Source of the DNA: Octopus sinensis
Taxonomy: Eukaryota
DNA length: 64,000 nucleotides
NCBI RefSeq assembly: GCF_006345805.1
Contig: NC_043007.1
Coordinates: forward strand, 60,450,001 to 60,514,000
Reading direction: 5' to 3'
How positions within the stretch are numbered: the stretch's first letter is position 1; every line of letters begins with the position of its first letter. Shown here piece after piece: positions 24,701 through 38,025 of the stretch. Under the pieces are notes generated by a model. The model had not been told where the DNA came from and ran no database searches. It was given only the letters and a program-made list of their open reading frames with translations. A program made the translations under genes and the position numbers.

Positions 24701-27700
24701 AACAATTTTTCAATTCAATATCTACGTGCTATTGTTTAAAGCTTTACATGTATGCTTCGAGCAATACTATTCCAAAAAGAACTATTTCATATTCTCTTAA
24801 AAGTTCAAAATTAGTTGGGGTAATATTTGCCATTTTATAATGAATTATTTCTTTGTTTTCGGTGTATTTTCACATACATTATTTCTTAAAAGTTACCAAA
24901 TTTTAGATACAACTAAACTAATTTAGTTCTAAGTAACTTGTAAGCTCTTAGAATTATACTCATGCATATATGTGCACATTCTAAAACTTTACAAAAGGAT
25001 CTGGAATAAAAATTGAGATATTTTTGTTTATTATTTTGTGAGAAAATAAATAAATAGCAATGAGGTAGAAAACTACTTAATTTTCTTTTGTTTTGTTTTT
25101 TGTGTTTTTTTAAATTTTATTAACACCAAGATTAATAAGCATTGCACTATTCCCTGGGTTTTGTATTCAAATTTCTGGGTGGACAGGTTTTGTCTAAAGC
25201 TGCTAAATATTTACAGTGATACAAATAGTTTTCTGTTTTTTTAAATCATTTCAAACCTTGAGCCCTAATGACAATCTTTCATTCAAACCCTATTTTCAAA
25301 AACTCTTTCAAATTTTCAACCATCTTAAAAATTAGATTTGATTTTATTGTATACAACTATTTGTGAAATTATTGCTATTATTTCAAAATATTTATTTTCT
25401 CCACAAAATAGTCTTTAGAATTTGACAGAACTCCTCACTGACAAAATTGTCTCAATAAAATAGCAATTTATTATATCCACCATACTTGGAAGTATATTTT
25501 AAAAATGTATATTTGAAGATAAAATAACAAAAAAAAAATCATTGAGAATTGTTCTGTGTAAGAGGAAGTGTTAAAAAAAGTGAATTTTATATACACATTA
25601 CTGCTTCATTTACTTCATGCATCATGGATTTCATCGAGCTCTGGATATGAACCAGGAATACATTGGAGTTAAAGAAATCTGCCAAAATCTCTTACAACAT
25701 GTTTTTCCCAAGAACTAAGGTGACATTTGCAACCAGAGAGAATTCCGCGGCAAACATTGGAAGCATTGTGGAGCCAGTTCTGTCGTAATGGTGAAACTTT
25801 CCTTGTCCAAACAACATGACTCTACTTACCCACCTACTTACCTATGTAGCATGATTGTATCCTTCTTCTGCCTTTTTTTATTTTTTTTTATTTTTTCTTC
25901 TCTTTTTTCTAACTTGTCTTTAACCCTCCTCTGTGCTCTTTGATGAGCAGATTCAACCTCTCTCGCTGCTTTCTTCCATTCAGATCAACATTATTCTATC
26001 CAACGTGTCAACAAATGAGCACTTGCAGGCTTACATCTGCTGCTTTTCATTGTTGGCAAGAAATTCTCTCAGTCCTAAGCACCAAATTGTTTACTATGCA
26101 CATCTATCTCATCCTGTCTGCCATTTATCCTAACATCCCAAACATCAGTGTTGTATTTAAAATTGTGTTCAAATTTTCAATATGTATTCATTTCTATTCT
26201 CTAAATAATTTTAAAGCTTTATTTTCTTTGTTGTCAAACTAAAATTCAATAATACAGTTAGGTTAAGAGTTTTTAATATTCAGTGCCCTGACTTTTCTGC
26301 AAATCCTTCATTTGCAAATGTTTATATTCTCAGAATTCTCATTCCTTCTTGTAGAAGACTTTGGAACAGTTGCATTTCATGCAAAATAATTGTTTTTAAT
26401 ATTTGCCCCTGCAAGTTCTTTACTCAAAACGAAATTTTAAAATCTGATATTTAAATATGTTTTGCAAAAAAGCTATATATATTTCCTACACCCATCTCCT
26501 TTTAGTACTCTCTCCAGTTATTGACTCACTTTTACTTTTCTCTTTTACAATTCACTCTGCTTTGTTAAAAATCAAATTCTTATTTTCTATTACTTTCTTG
26601 TTTTCTATTCTACCAAGATTAGATTTTTATGGTAATAATGTAAAATTATATTTATTAAACCAATAATTGTTTCTCTTTTTAATTAGAAAATAAAATTGAT
26701 ACTTTTGTTTTGAACAGCTTTAGGGATTATAATGTCTTTTATGATTAATATCAATTTGAAGAACCCAAATTATTGATTCCTTGGTGAAATCAATACATTC
26801 CCAATCTTTATTCAAATTTTAAATTATTCCAAAAAACTGTTCTCAGTTCTCATCACAAATATATTGACATTTTGGATTTCTAATTTAGATGAATTTATGT
26901 GTGGTTTTATCAATAACCATTTCTCTTTTATCATTTTAGGTTTCTAAATTGGTCTTCATTATCTGCAGATGTAACAAAAAATATTTTAATCTTCTTGCTT
27001 TGAACTGTCTTCATAGATGCTAACTACAATTTAAAATTTTTATCTGCTAGTTCTAGCTTTTGCATATCTTTTTGCACATCAGACAACTTCATCACAATAG
27101 GTTAGATGATGGCACTTAATCAAGCTTCCTTCAGCTTCTTGATACTGATCTTCAATATCAGTTATCATTTCCTTATATACAAACATATGCACATACACAC
27201 ACACACACATATTTGCAGTGATACAAAAAATTTCATATAAAAACAGTTTCCACATTAAGAGCAAAATCTAATCAACTTAATAAACAATATTATGGTATCT
27301 AAACTTATTGCATGTTGCTACAGTTTCTTCGGTGCTGAGACGAAATCTTGATTCTAAACTTGATTTTAAGACTTAAGAATGACTTCCAAAAAATTCTCTC
27401 TACTTCAATCTATATCTTTACAATTAACGTCAGTTTTCATATTTTATTTTTCCAATGCTTGAGACTTCATATTCTATTAAGTTAAACATTTCTATCTCAT
27501 CTTTTGGAATGAAATTTCTTAAAGGCAAGAAAATCATCTTACCTGCCTGCTATTTATTATTGAACACATTTCACTCACTATATGCTAATCTAATTCCTAT
27601 GGTTTATCATTTTCATTATAGTTTAATGGAAATTCTTTGGGCTTCTTTTTTTTTTTTTTGTTTTTTTTTTTTCTTTTACAATCTGGGGTTACTTCCACTG

Positions 27701-29362
27701 TCAAATTATCTTGCTTGAATTGTTTAACAATGTCTGCCTAAAATTCTTCACTTAAGAAATTTTAATTCTTTCTTGTAATTTATATTTTTCTTTTCACTTT
27801 CTCTCTAGCTTCCCATCCAATTTCTAATATTTTTGATTTTTGGTACAAAAATTGTTTACATCTCTAATATAGATTTAGATAACTGTAAGTTAATGAATTT
27901 TATTGCAAGATTCATCTTTATAACAGATTTTTTCTTGCCTAAATGTAAGATATTTGAAACATTAATTAGATCAAGCAAACATTGTACTGAGCAAAGACTT
28001 CTCTCAAAAATGCAAATACATTAGTTATAAATTATAATGTAGAAAATACATCAAAACATTTGACACTAACTTACAAATTTGTAAGTCTTAGATGAAAGTG
28101 TGCTTGCTAATGTTGACCTCTGAACTAAAATAATCAGCAGTGTGCCCGGGAAAAAATATCTTTCAAATGACTAATCCCAGTCTTTGTAAATAATTTGAAA
28201 TGAAGTATGTTACCATAAACAACAGAAGCCATTTGTAATGATTGCTTCTTCATCTTGACACTGCATGATTGTTGCAAATGAGTGCCACCATTATACAAGT
28301 AGTGTCATTTGTTTCCAATCTTCAATGAGAACCAGTCAAAGAGAAACGAGTTATGGCTGGCAACAAGAAGGGCATCCAGCTGTAGAAAATCTGCCTAAGC
28401 CATGCAAGTATGGAAAAGTGAATGTTAAAATGATGATGATGATCTACCATTCAGTTGCAAAACTCAGCTCAAGTTATATATTGTCCAGTATTGCTATTTG
28501 AAGGTATACCAATAATCCTATGAATTATGGTGTATCATTCTATGTACACTCTTGTATAACATAATGTAACAAACTGAAGTGAGATTGAATAAAATATATG
28601 TGTGATATGAATTTTATTTAACTATCTCTTTGCTTTTATTTTATTATTAAATTTGATACAAAATATAATAGCTTAATTCATTAACCATTTCATTATCATA
28701 TTTCTATTGAAATACACTGTCTTTATTTCAATAAATTTTGAAAATAATAAAGAATTTAATAAAATATCTTTTTCGTTATTAAGCTGGTGTTTGAAACATA
28801 AATTAAATTGAAATTTTGATGAACTTTAATTTAGATCACTTTACAACTTTAGAACACTTTAAAAAAATTATACAAAGTGAAAGTTTATATCATAGAACCA
28901 GGGACAGTTTCAGGCAAGCTGGTATCAAAAAAAGGTTTGAAGCAGGTTTATGTATTAAAAATATATTTATAAACATCAGGTATTTTGGCAAGATACAACC
29001 AACTAGTTTTTCTCTTTCACTCTATGGGCTTTTGTACAGCCCATCAGTGCCTTGCCAGAGAGTGCATAGCTCTACAAATACACTGCAGCTAAGGTAAATC
29101 TTCATAAAATATTATATAACAAAGTAACCAACTTGCACAGTACATTAAAATATATTTACATAAAGTTTTAATGCTTGCTTATGCTGTGGATGAATAAATG
29201 GAATCCTAACTTGAAATGTTCCATCAAATAATGTAAAGTAGCTGTCAACTGATTATCTTGCTACAAACTCTGCATTATATATTTCTTTTAATCAAGTCAC
29301 CAAATATTTAATAGGTAAAAATATCCATCAAATTCAGATGTATATTAATCAGAACTGAGGTG

Positions 29363-29364
<2 letters not shown>

Positions 29365-29445
<81 letters not shown>
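29365..29445. repeat. (TC)n microsatellite, about 40 units
   Basis: Uninterrupted tctc run. Confidence 0.95.
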
Positions 29446-29450
<5 letters not shown>

Positions 29451-30768
29451 CTAAAAACTTAGATTCTTCCAACAATCTAGATCACTAGTCAGAAAAAGTT
29501 CTCTAAAATATATCCCTTACTTTTTAAAAATAGCTTTGACAACATATCATTATTACCATAGGGGTAGAGGAGTTGCTACAAACAAGAAACATCTAAACTA
29601 GGTGCTTTACCATTATTCAGGTGTTTTTTTTTATTTATTTTTTTTTAACTTGTGGGTTTTTTAGTTCATGAGCTCTACCGAGAGATCAGCTTTACCTTCT
29701 TTGACTCCACAATTTGGTAATAATTATCATGTGCTGTGTTGAATTCCATTAACTATTGCTCTTTCTTTCCAATTTGAGACATCATGCCAAAGTAAGAAAA
29801 CATTATTATTCTTCTGTGGAGGTTGATTCAACAAACTGGTTGCAGTCTACAGCTAAAGCTACTTCTTCATCATATGCCACTTGCTGCCTTAGTATATAGA
29901 CATATTCCTATTTCTCTCCCTATAAAATCTATAAGTGTTATCATTTTAAGAAAGAAAATTTATATGAGATGAATTCTCAAACCAATTTCAAAGTCAATTC
30001 TAGCAACTTTTGTTAGGTTGCTAATCTGAGGATTAAATTGTAATTATAAAATCATTATTATTGTTATTATTGAGTACAACAAGAAATGACTTCTCAGGAA
30101 CTTGATTCCACATAAAAACCACTTCAATTCCACATAAAATCTATATCAGTTGTAACCTTCAAAACAAAGCTTCAACACCACACTTTAGTATATCTTCTCT
30201 CCTTTTTAATACTAGGATGTCATGCCTAACCATCATCATCATCATCATCATCATATATTTATACTTATCTGTCCAAGGTTACTTAATGTCCCTTGTAGTT
30301 AACCAATACAATAGAGGTAAGCTCCTCGTGAGCCACGTCTACAACATTTTTGATGCCCTATCAATGCCATTTCACTTTACATTGCCTTTGAAAAAAGAGG
30401 TATTGTATGTCACACAAACTCATTACCCCTCTTCCATAAATGTAGGGCCTTGTGCCAACATAAACCACCAATTATTGTGATAACTTAGGATCTATAAAGT
30501 GTGATGAGCAATTCTCCTTCAGCAGTGCTGGCGTCAAAGACTTTTGTGAGCCAGAAATATCAGTTCATTGCATGGGCCAGCTTCTTGCCTAGCATTTGCA
30601 CGTTGCATGCATGTATATTCTTTATATTGTTGTTTTGTTGTTTTTTTCTTTTCTTAATCACAATAATTTTACTTTATCGCTTGTTATGTGTGTATATATA
30701 TATATGTGTGTATATATATATATGTGTGTATATATATATATATGTGTATATATATATATGTGTGTATG

Positions 30769-30799
<31 letters not shown>

Positions 30800-31088
30800 C
30801 TATATGTTATTTTATTTAAAACAAAAAATATAAAGCAATTTTATCAGTATTACTGTCGGTTTTATCCTTTGTTTTGTTTTAATTCTTTTTATTTGACTTT
30901 TTCTTTTTTTTTTTCCTTTCTTGGCAAGTATATATATATACATATATATATATTTAGATTGTTAAATTTTTTTTTTTGTGTCTTTATGCCATGTGATTTT
31001 TTAAAAATATTTATTTTCTACATTGAAATAATATTTTTTTAGAATGTGTTCAATACATGTGTGTATGTGTGTGTGTATAGATATATTG

Positions 31089-31155
<67 letters not shown>

Positions 31156-31210
31156 GTATATATAAAATTTCCTGTTATTATTTTTATTGTTATTATTCTT
31201 TTGTTTTCAG

Positions 31211-31426
31211 ATTCGTGTTGTAAACGCTTTTCAAATGGATTTAGATTCTCACTTGGACAGCTATGACAAACGCAGTCGGCCCTCTGTTGCCAGCTTGCCA
31301 TCTCTTCAATTACGCTCTGGACCATTAAAAAAAAATAATCTTCCAAGTTCTCCTGAAACGGATGAATGTCCAAGTAAACCATGGCTAAACCGTGCCGAAA
31401 GTATCCCATATGCTGACGAACCTTAA
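31211..31426 (+). CDS. ATP2B/PMCA: PMCA alternative terminal exon E3 (71 aa): IRVVNAFQMDLDSHLDSYDKRSRPSVASLPSLQLRSGPLKKNNLPSSPETDECPSKPWLNRAESIPYADEP*
   Basis: ttcttttgttttcag acceptor, phase 0; IRVVNAF start homologous to E2; no PDZ-type end. Confidence 0.9.
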   Translation: MRVVNAFQMDLDSHLDSYDKRSRPSVASLPSLQLRSGPLKKNNLPSSPETDECPSKPWLNRAESIPYADEP

Positions 31427-32250
31427 AGAAAAGACAATTTTTTTAGAAGAAAGAAATTCTAAACTCCCCTTCTCTTTTTCTTCTTGATCTCTATCTTTCA
31501 AGGTTCATAATATTCAATGTCTGTGTGCAGTTTTCATTTCTTAGCTTAAATTATTTTCCTCTGCTTCTCTATTTTGTTACTGTTATCATTGTTGTTGTTA
31601 TTCCTGTTCATTTTCTACATTTTATTTTTCCCTTTTTAATTAGTACAACTGTGGTGAATTAATTTAAAGCACTAAGTTATGTTGTCCCCAAAATTATTTG
31701 ATACCCTTCAAAAAAAAATCTCTATTCATCAACCCCTTATCCATATATTATTTACTTTATAACATTTCACTCTGACTAACACAACCTCATCATATATCAC
31801 CTCTGGTTTATGTTGGACAGTATACCGGAATTTCAAAAACTATTTGTAGCATAAAAACTACTTCAAACAATATATATTTATTCAATATTCCAGAGTATTC
31901 ATTTTCTTTTAAAATGTATTTGAATTGAAAGAGAGAAAAAATATTTCAAAAAAAGTCCTAGAAATTTAGGTATGGAGATAAAATCATTCTAGATTATTTA
32001 TTAACAAAAATTAAACCTATCCCTACCCAACTACAATATTATTTTTCCTCCAGCAACTACACAATGATAGAAAGCAACTTAGATTTCAGTGATTCCACTT
32101 TCTTACATACACATGCCAGTTAGCTATTTCAGACATCATACTTGTTGGAAACTAGATGTAATCAATATTATTGTAAATAAAATAGAATGTCAAAAAACAT
32201 GTTTATATATATATATATATATATATACAAAATGTATATACACACATATG

Positions 32251-32291
<41 letters not shown>

Positions 32292-32984
32292 GTGCATATG
32301 CTCACACAAACATCCACATTAGTCTTTTGATTGAGTCCATAATCACTTCACATGTATTATTTATGCCTTTGAGATTGGCATGAATATCACATCTATTGCT
32401 CTTCTATAAATTTGGGACTTTGTGCTTAGACAAAAGCAGTCGATATTATTTAATCTGTGACAAGTATAATACAAACATGTATTTAATTACTGGTTTGAAC
32501 TTTATTTCATTTCACTTATGTCACCAATCCTTTTGGAAAAGACATGAAATGTTACAAATTTTGGTATCGTTCCTTTAAAAACTCCAAATTCTGTATAAGA
32601 AACTGTTACATACTTTAATCCTGTCAGCATTGAATCCTCCCCTTCTTAGATAGACATAGCTCAATAGAAAATAATTTCTTGTTATTCCATTTTCTCTGGT
32701 CTTTGTCAGGTTAACATTTACAATGAGACTTGTGATCTTCAAACACTAACAAAATTTCCCTGTTTTCCTTCTCCGTGGTTGTTCATTCTTTAATCACCTC
32801 AAATCATGTGCCTCAGTAGTTAGACTGTTTCGTTCCATGTTATTCAGACTCATTGAACATTCATGGTAGTGCAGCATATATTTCATTTTTATAATATAAA
32901 GTACTTGCATGCATGAGAAAAAGTGTATGCAGGGTGTATGCATTCTGTGTGCATGTGTATGTATGCACATGCACACATTATATT

Positions 32985-33063
<79 letters not shown>

Positions 33064-33504
33064 GTGAAACAGATGTATGTGATTTATTTAGTGAGATTTT
33101 CAACTCAGTACAGATCTAATTCACAATCTAAATTTATAGACAATGCTCTTTGTGACATGACTTTGTTTAGTTTTAAATTACATCTGCACCTTTCCTTAAA
33201 ACTATTGATGATATCAATATAACAGTCACCGCGAGCTTCTCCAATCAAGGAATTTCAACATTCTCTATCACTTTTAAACTTTAGCACAAATATCCTTATC
33301 ATAGGTAACGTTTGTGAATTTAATACTGAATTATGTGCATTGATTAGCTATGTGTAATATATGTGTATGTAAAATTGTCTCTGTGTGTGCATGTATATAT
33401 ACACACATTTGTATTTATATGTGTATGTATATATGTATATATTTGTGAGTATATATGTACAAATACATAAATACACATGCATATGTATTGTATCTGTGTA
33501 TGCA

Positions 33505-33547
<43 letters not shown>

Positions 33548-34779
33548 GCACACACACACACACACACACATGCATTTATGTGTATGTATATATGTAAATA
33601 TTTGTGAGTATATATGTACAAATACATAAATACACAAGCATACTTATTGTATATGTATACATATACAATATGTGTGCATGCATGCGTGTGTGTATGTATG
33701 TATGTATATATGGTTCAGTCTGCAGAGTGCAGTGAGGTAACACTGAAGTTTCCTTTCCAGGTTGAATGACTTGAAATAGGTTTTAAGGAAAACCAGCATT
33801 TTGCCAATGCAGCATGTCACCAAATTTGTTCAAGGAAAAGGTATTCACCAATACAAATTGGCACATGTCCTGTCACAAGTGTTAGTGTTACCTGAACAAT
33901 ATTGAGGAAAATGTTGGACTGCTTTAGACATTCTTGAATCTGATTTGTAGTAGCTTACTTCAGCCCCAGCACTTGAGTGGTACTGCTACTTGTTTTGTCG
34001 ACCCCCAGAATGATGAGACAAGGTTGATCTTGGCAGGATGTGAATGTAAAGCATAAAGAGCAGAAATAATTATCACAATGGTTTTTGATGAATGAGGGAG
34101 TTGGAGTATTCTGTCTTTATTTGCATTCCTTTTTCTGCAAGTTTCTCTTGGATCTGAAATGAAAAAGTGCAGATGTTTCTTGAAAACATCTTCATCCACT
34201 CAGTGTAGAACTCTTAATTTTTTGGCAATATATTAATGAGCTGTGGGTCATTATACACTAAACTGTTACAGTATTGGCTTCTGGCTCTAGATGGAGTTAG
34301 TGTGATCTTTAGTACTCTGCTGTTTTGGTGATTGGTAGAGCTTTCAATTCCAAATATTGACCCTATATATAATGCATATTATATATATATATAGTCACAC
34401 TCACTATATCTACCCCTACGTGCCTCTCACCTCCATCTCTGTCACTGTGCATCTTCTTTCTCATCTATCTACAGTTTTATTATACTGTTGCTCCTCCACC
34501 ACCCACTCACTTTTTTATGTACTGCCACCTATCACCTCCTCATCCCTGGCCCACTCCCATTTTCCTTTTTTACCTCCCCCACCAACTGAGAATCACATTT
34601 GTGTTCCCCTCTACCCATAGCGGCCATTAGCTGCAATCACCTCTACCATCTGTCACTTACCTTTCACACTCACAAACTACCTACTCACCCAACCATCTTC
34701 AATATTCTGTCCTTGTTCTTCTTTTCTCCACTTTCATGTAACTTGAGGATGTGCTCTAATATTTCATCTCCACCATCTT

Positions 34780-35112
34780 GTCTCCCTTTCCTGCTGGGGT
34801 AGCCATGTATCTCCTCTGCAGCAAAGTACCTGTTTCTTTCCTTCTATCATATTTTAGCCACTCAACCCTGACAAAAAAAAAGCTACCTCCAGTATTGCAC
34901 CCCATTCATGGAGTCTTGTCTCAGGATTTACTTGGTAACCTCACTAATGCTAGTGTCACAAAAATGCATCTAGTACACTCTGTAAAGTAGCTGGCATCAA
35001 GAAAGACATCCAGCCATAGAAACCATGCAATAAGCAGACATTGGAGCCTAATGCAGTCCTGTCAAAGCATCAAGCCCATGCCAGCATGGAATATGGACAT
35101 TTAATGATGATG
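34780..35112 (+). mobile_element. Old (GAT)-family SINE, long form
   Basis: Diverged core (agtacactctgtaaagtagctggcatcaagaaagacatccagcc...cccatgccagcatgg...atgatgatg). Confidence 0.55.
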
Positions 35113-35999
35113 GTGAGGAGAAGGAAAAGGAGAATTATGGAGACATATATTTTACATATATGCAAATATATTATCAGCAGTGGCTGCTTCTTGTGTCTGA
35201 GAGTTTCAGTTTCTTACTGTTGAAGGAAATATCAGCAGGAAGAAATGCCAGTGGTGTGGATTTTAATTTGCTAAGGAGTGACACACACTGTGATTTCAAG
35301 ACTATCCTCTGCAATACATGTACAATGAGACACTGCAGTAACAAGTGGAGAATTGCAAAGATCTGTTGCTAACTCGGTTGTTGTCTTGGTTGGTACCTTC
35401 TTAAGCAATCTGTCAGGTGTTGCCCTTCTTCTCTAGTTGCAACAATATTCAGATCAACCTTTGTTGTTGTCTACATTCACTTGTTCTGTTGTTGGGTCTT
35501 GAAAAGGGGCTGGCTATGTTCACTCGTGGTTCTCTCCCTTGATCTTTCTGCAATGGGTAGCCTTTACTGAAGTAGTAGATTCCTGACAGTATTACTCTAA
35601 AAGTAATTTGACCATGCCCCCCATCACAACAAAGGAATGACCATCATATATATATATATATATAATGCACATAATGATATCTTTATATATACATATATAT
35701 GTGTGTGTGTCATGTGTATGCATATTATATACATAATGACATGCATATTTTATATATATGTGACAATTACGATGATAGCATGTTTTTTAAACATCTAATT
35801 TATGTCATTAAATGTTCCTTGAAGAGGACATGCATTCAAAAATGCAGTGTCAAGCCTATTGACTTTTCACATTTTTAATGCCAGCCTTTATGTATTGGTG
35901 GTAAATTAACACTATGTGGCTTTTCAATTCTGAAGTATTATCAACAAATGCTAAGCGTCTATGATGGTAACATTGTATATAGTGTGTGTGAATGTGGAT

Positions 36000-36053
<54 letters not shown>

Positions 36054-37061
36054 GTATGTGTATCTATATATATTTAATATAAATATACATATATATACAC
36101 ACACAAACATACATACATTTAATATATATATATATATATATACACATATTTAATGTGTATTTATATGTTTATAAAGGATGCACATTTTGATATTCAGATG
36201 GTGCTCTTTCCACATTCCAAATGTATGATGTCATCTAGTGCTTTAAAACAACTAAATGCAATTGTAACTTTACATGAGCCCAAGTGAAGTATTTGTTTTC
36301 GATTTGTGCTGTGTGACTCAAGATAAATTCAACTTTTAGAATTTATCCTGGTTCATCATTTTATTTAAGTTAACAAACCGCTGCTATTCCATTTCTGTTA
36401 AGCTAAATAGTGCAAACAAACTACAAATGTAAAAGTAGTTAAGTTAATATATGTTTTCTTCCTAAATGTCATTAAATAACTCTTCTGATAAGTGATTTGG
36501 GGTGCTTATTATAAAGATTTTAGCCAAAAGTTGTGTGTTTGAATGTATTTAATGCACATCGATAATGTGTGTGCACAAGCACACGCATATACACACATAC
36601 ACACAACTCTTTCAAAATTGGTTTCATAGGAATCCCTTTGCATGCATATTTACTATTTCTCTGAACTTACTTGCTATAGACTCTGGATTCTCTCCATATT
36701 GTTTCTGGTTTCCTGTACATAGTTATCATTTATCCTCATTTCCTTTTATTTAAAGTTCATTCATGCCTGGTTTGGCAACAGTGCACATACACCCTTTAAG
36801 GTTATTTGTTTTATTGAGTCCCCTTTCTTTTTGTTTTAGGGTTTAGTTGATGGGGTTCTTTTAATTGCTTTCTTCTTTTTCTCCAATTTACAAAACCTTT
36901 TCTTGAAATGGTTTCATTATTTTATCTTCACATTTCTTAGTTTGTGGGGGGGGAGGTCTTTTTTGTTATTTATATTTCTAGAATTATAAAATTGTTTTAA
37001 GTCGATCTTAATTAATGAAATTATTAAATATATCATACGTTGTGTGAATGTATGTATACAC

Positions 37062-37093
<32 letters not shown>

Positions 37094-37151
37094 GTGTGTG
37101 TAGGTGTGTCTGTGTGTTATATATATATATATACACACACACATACATATG

Positions 37152-37320
37152 TAGGGGTGACACTGCTGTGCATTTAAGAAATTTGCTTTACAACCATGTG
37201 GTTTTAAGTTTGGTTCCACTGCACAGTACCTTGGGGAAGTGACTTCTACTTCTATCAAAGCCGTGGATCAGCCAAAGACTTCTGAAGAATATTTGATCAA
37301 AGAAACTGTCTAGAAACCAA
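37152..37320 (+). mobile_element. SINE with tRNA-like head (diverged)
   Basis: Homologous to the reverse complement of 7229-7355. Confidence 0.5.
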
Positions 37321-37973
37321 TGGAACAGAACATTCTTGTTCTCAGAATGTCAGTTTAACACCACCAGCTAGTCTTTGGATGGTTTTAGTATATTCTACTG
37401 TGTTGAAAGCATTTGAGGCAGATCCGAGAATAATTCTTCTCATGTGCCTCAGAAGTTCTGAAACAGGCCATTGGTGTCTGCCTTTCTTTCACTCAATGAT
37501 AATTTATTAGATATGCATGCCTGTGTATATAAGACCTCTGTCAATAATTGTTGACTATTCATTTGTACATGAATATGCTGGCCTCTACAAAATTCTTTCT
37601 ATTTTTTTGAGGAAGACTGACAGTTGGCCATGCATGCAAGTCCTACCACTCGATACTACTGATTTTTATCCAAAGGAAAAGGTTCTCACTTGGATTGAAA
37701 AGACTTAGTATCTGTGTGGTTGTAGGTGTTGCTATCAGAATGCCAAGAATCTGAACAGATACCACAAGGCATCTCATGTGATCTGCTAACAGGTTCACTA
37801 ATTCCTGCATTGGCTCTCTTTTTAGTCATCCCAAAAAGATGATAGGCAAAGTTGTCCGTGCCAGAGTACTGAGAGTGGGAACAAATGCAGCGAGGCATTT
37901 TGTTGAGCACACTAAGAACATAAATATATATATATATAATATACATACACATATCACATATATATATATTATA

Positions 37974-38025
<52 letters not shown>

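Larger units (their letters stand above)
1751..31426 (+). other. ATP2B/PMCA: PMCA (plasma-membrane Ca2+-ATPase, P2B) gene, 3' part only; 5' exons lie upstream of the window
   Basis: Four AG/GT-bounded exons splice to an open 242-codon frame with PMCA signature motifs, followed by three alternative last exons. Confidence 0.97.

Noticed and set aside
25560-28100. Possible very old LINE or Penelope remnants (e.g. NQEYIG at about 25650)
   Set aside because: Motifs are too short and degraded to assign without an HMM search.
29338-29365. Consensus donor GAG|GTGAGT before the (TC)n tract
   Set aside because: No convincing upstream acceptor or pyrimidine tract; the nearest AG gives a 22-nt piece with an in-frame stop.
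30580-30615. TGCATG (RBFOX-type) motifs upstream of E3, and at 8483
   Set aside because: TGCATG is frequent throughout this TG/CA/AT-rich sequence; enrichment cannot be shown without conservation data.
35815-35856. Hammerhead-ribozyme-like string (ttgaagag-gacatgcattc-aaaa...gtc)
   Set aside because: The core CUGANGA and GAAA boxes are both mutated and stem I does not pair; at best a dead remnant. An Infernal scan would be needed.
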